In this document: in pieces, positions 62,043-64,000 of the stretch
Layout: every line of letters starts with the position of its first letter
Numbering within the stretch: the stretch's first letter is position 1
DNA from: the human T2T-CHM13v2.0 reference genome, Homo sapiens
NCBI RefSeq assembly: GCF_009914755.1
Contig: NC_060929.1
DNA length: 64,000 bases
Reading direction: 5' to 3' (one strand)
The notes under the pieces: model-generated
Database searches by the model: none
Told to the model about the DNA's origin: nothing
The model's input: the letters and a program-made list of their open reading frames with translations, nothing else
Program-made: the position numbers and the translations under genes

Positions 62043-64000
62043 GAATTCCCAGTAACTTCCTTGTGTTGTGTACATTCAACTCACAGAGTTGAACGTTCCC
62101 TTAGACAGAGCAGATTTGAAACACTCTTTTTGTGCAATTGGCAAGTGGAGATTTCAAGCGCTTTAAGGTCAATGGCAGAAAAGGAAATATCTTCGTTTCA
62201 AAACTAGACAGAATCATTCCCACAAACTGCGTTGTGATGTGTTCGTTCATCTCACAGAGTTTAACCTTTCTTTTCATAGAGCAGTTAGGAAACACTCTGT
62301 TTGTAAATTCTGTAAGTGGATATTCTGACATCTTGTGGCCTTCGTTGGAAACGGGATTTCTTCATATTCTGCTAGACAGAAGAATTCTCAGAATCTTCCT
62401 TGTGTTGTGTGTATTCAACTCACACAGTTGAACGATGGTTTACACAGAGCAGATTTGAAACACTCTTTTTGTGGAATTTGCAAGTGGAGATTTCAGCCGC
62501 TTTGAGGTCAATGGTAGAAAAGGAAATATCTTCGTATAAAAACTAGACAGAATGATTCTCAGAAACTTCTTTGTGATGTGTGCGTTCAACTCACAGAGTT
62601 TAACCTTTCTTTTCATAGAGCAGTTAGGAAACACTCTGTTTGTAAACTCTGCAAGTGGATATTCAGACCTCTTTGAGGCCTTCGTTGGAAACGGGATTTC
62701 TTCATACTGTGCTAGACAGAAGAGTTCTCAGTAACTTCCTTGTGTTGTGTGTATTCAACTCACAGAGTTGAACGATCCTTTACACAGAGCAGACTTGAAA
62801 CACTCTTTTTGTGGAATTTGCAAGTGGAGATTTCAGCCGCGTTGAGGTCAATGGTAGAAAAGGAAATATCTTCGTATAAAAACTAGACAGAATGATTCTC
62901 AGAAACTCCTTTGAGATGTGTGTGTTCAACTCACAGAGTTTAACCTTTCTTTTCATAGAGCAGTTAGGAATCACTCTGTTTGTAAAGTCTGCAAGTGGAT
63001 ATTCAGACCTCTTTGAGGCCTTCGTTGGAAACGGGTTTTTTTCATATAAGGCTAGACAGAAGAATTCCCAGTAACTTCCTTGTGTTGTGTGTGTTCAACT
63101 CACAGAGTTGAACTTTCATTTACACAGAGCAGATTTGAAACACTCTTTTTGTGGAATTTGCAAATGGAGATTTCAAGCGCTTTGAGGCCAAAGGCAGAAA
63201 AGGAAATATCTTCGTATAAAAACTAGACAGAATCATTCTCAGAAACTGCTCTGCGATGTGTGCGTTCAACTATCAGAGTTTAACTTTGCTTTTCATTCAG
63301 CAGTTTGGAAACACTCTGTTTGTAAAGTCTGCACGTGGATAATTTGACCACTTAGAGGCCTTCGTTGGAAACGGGTTTTTTTCATGTAAGGCTAGACAGA
63401 AGAATTCTCAGTAACTTCCTTGTGTTGTGTGTATTCAACTCACACAGTTGAACGATCCTTTACACAGAGCAGACTTGTAACACTCTTTTTGTGGAATTTG
63501 CAAGTGGAGATTTCAGCCGCTTTGAAGTCAAAGGTAGAAAAGGAAATATCTTCCTATAAAAACTACACAGAATGATTCTCAGAAACTCCTTTGTGATGTG
63601 TGCGTTCAACTCACAGAGTTTAACCTTTCTTTTCATAGAGGAGTTAGGAAACACTCTGTTTGTAAAGTTTGCAAGTGGATATTCAGACCTCTTTGAGGCC
63701 TTCGTTGGAAACGGGTTTTTTTCATATAAGGCTAGACAGAAGAATTCCCAGTAACTTCCTTGTGTTGTGTGTGTTCAACTCACAGAGTTGAACTTTCATT
63801 TACACAGAGCAGATTTGAAACACTCTTTTTGTGGAATTTGCAAGTGGAGATTTCAAGCGCTTTGAGGCCAAAGGCAGAAAAGGAAATATCTTCGTATAAA
63901 AACTAGACAGAATCATTCTCAGAAACTGCTCTGTGATGTGTGCGTTCAACTCTCAGAGTTTAACTTTTCTTTTCATTCAGCAGTTTGGAAACACTCTGTT

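Larger units (their letters stand above)
1..64000 (+). repeat. Centromeric alpha-satellite higher-order repeat array, SF1 (J1/J2 dimeric), ~188 dimers / ~376 monomers; resembles D1Z7/D5Z2/D19Z3 (S1C1/5/19H1L)
   Basis: Continuous ~340-bp periodicity (169+171 bp) with alphoid hallmark motifs (CATTCTCAGAAACT, TTCAACTCACAGAGTT, GAAACACTCTTTTTG, GCAAGTGGA). CENP-B box in every second monomer and GAATTC once per dimer. Same orientation throughout; both window ends lie inside the array. Alpha satellite is near certain, SF1 high confidence, exact chromosome uncertain. Confidence 0.98.

Noticed and set aside
41-63754. Many 60-99 aa ORFs on both strands (MILRNSF..., MFPNCSMK..., MQLASGDF...)
   Set aside because: They are translations of the satellite recurring at 340-bp multiples, overlap on opposite strands, and are freely broken by 1-bp indels and stops. 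There is no recognisable domain or gene structure. I used them only as positional markers.
1-64000. Regularly spaced palindromic motif resembling a CRISPR repeat
   Set aside because: The intervening sequences are themselves repeats rather than unique spacers, the period is ~170/340 bp, there are no cas genes, and the sequence is eukaryotic alphoid DNA.
1-64000. Possible L1/Alu insertion, large inversion or array boundary
   Set aside because: No non-alphoid stretch, poly(A) tail or strand switch was seen; the dimer phase is continuous from end to end.

Overview
The whole 64 kb is one uninterrupted, single-orientation primate (most likely human) centromeric alpha-satellite array. It is built from ~340-bp dimers (169+171 bp) in which a CENP-B-box monomer (CTTCGTTGGAAACGGG[T/A]) alternates with an A-type monomer, with an EcoRI site once per dimer. 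This is the suprachromosomal family 1 (J1/J2) organisation and resembles the D1Z7/D5Z2/D19Z3 (S1C1/5/19H1L) live array; the chromosome assignment is recognition and inference, not a database result. I find no genes, RNA genes, transposons or CRISPR, and the ORF track is translated satellite. By eye there are four dimer classes (my labels A, B, C, D) arranged mostly as C-D-(A-B)n, giving 8-, 12-, 16-, 20- and 24-mer higher-order repeats (HORs) plus rarer recombinant 6-, 10- and 18-mers. I found no new biological system. The points worth a second look concern array evolution: a clean hairpin-loop micro-inversion at 44076-44078, position-specific variants in the nested tetramers, two interleaved C-D haplotypes, several recent kb-scale duplications (including a recurring ~5435-bp offset), in-register chimeric dimers, and a cluster of broken CENP-B boxes at 48-56 kb. 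All counts were made by eye or from ORF-track spacings and need computational confirmation.
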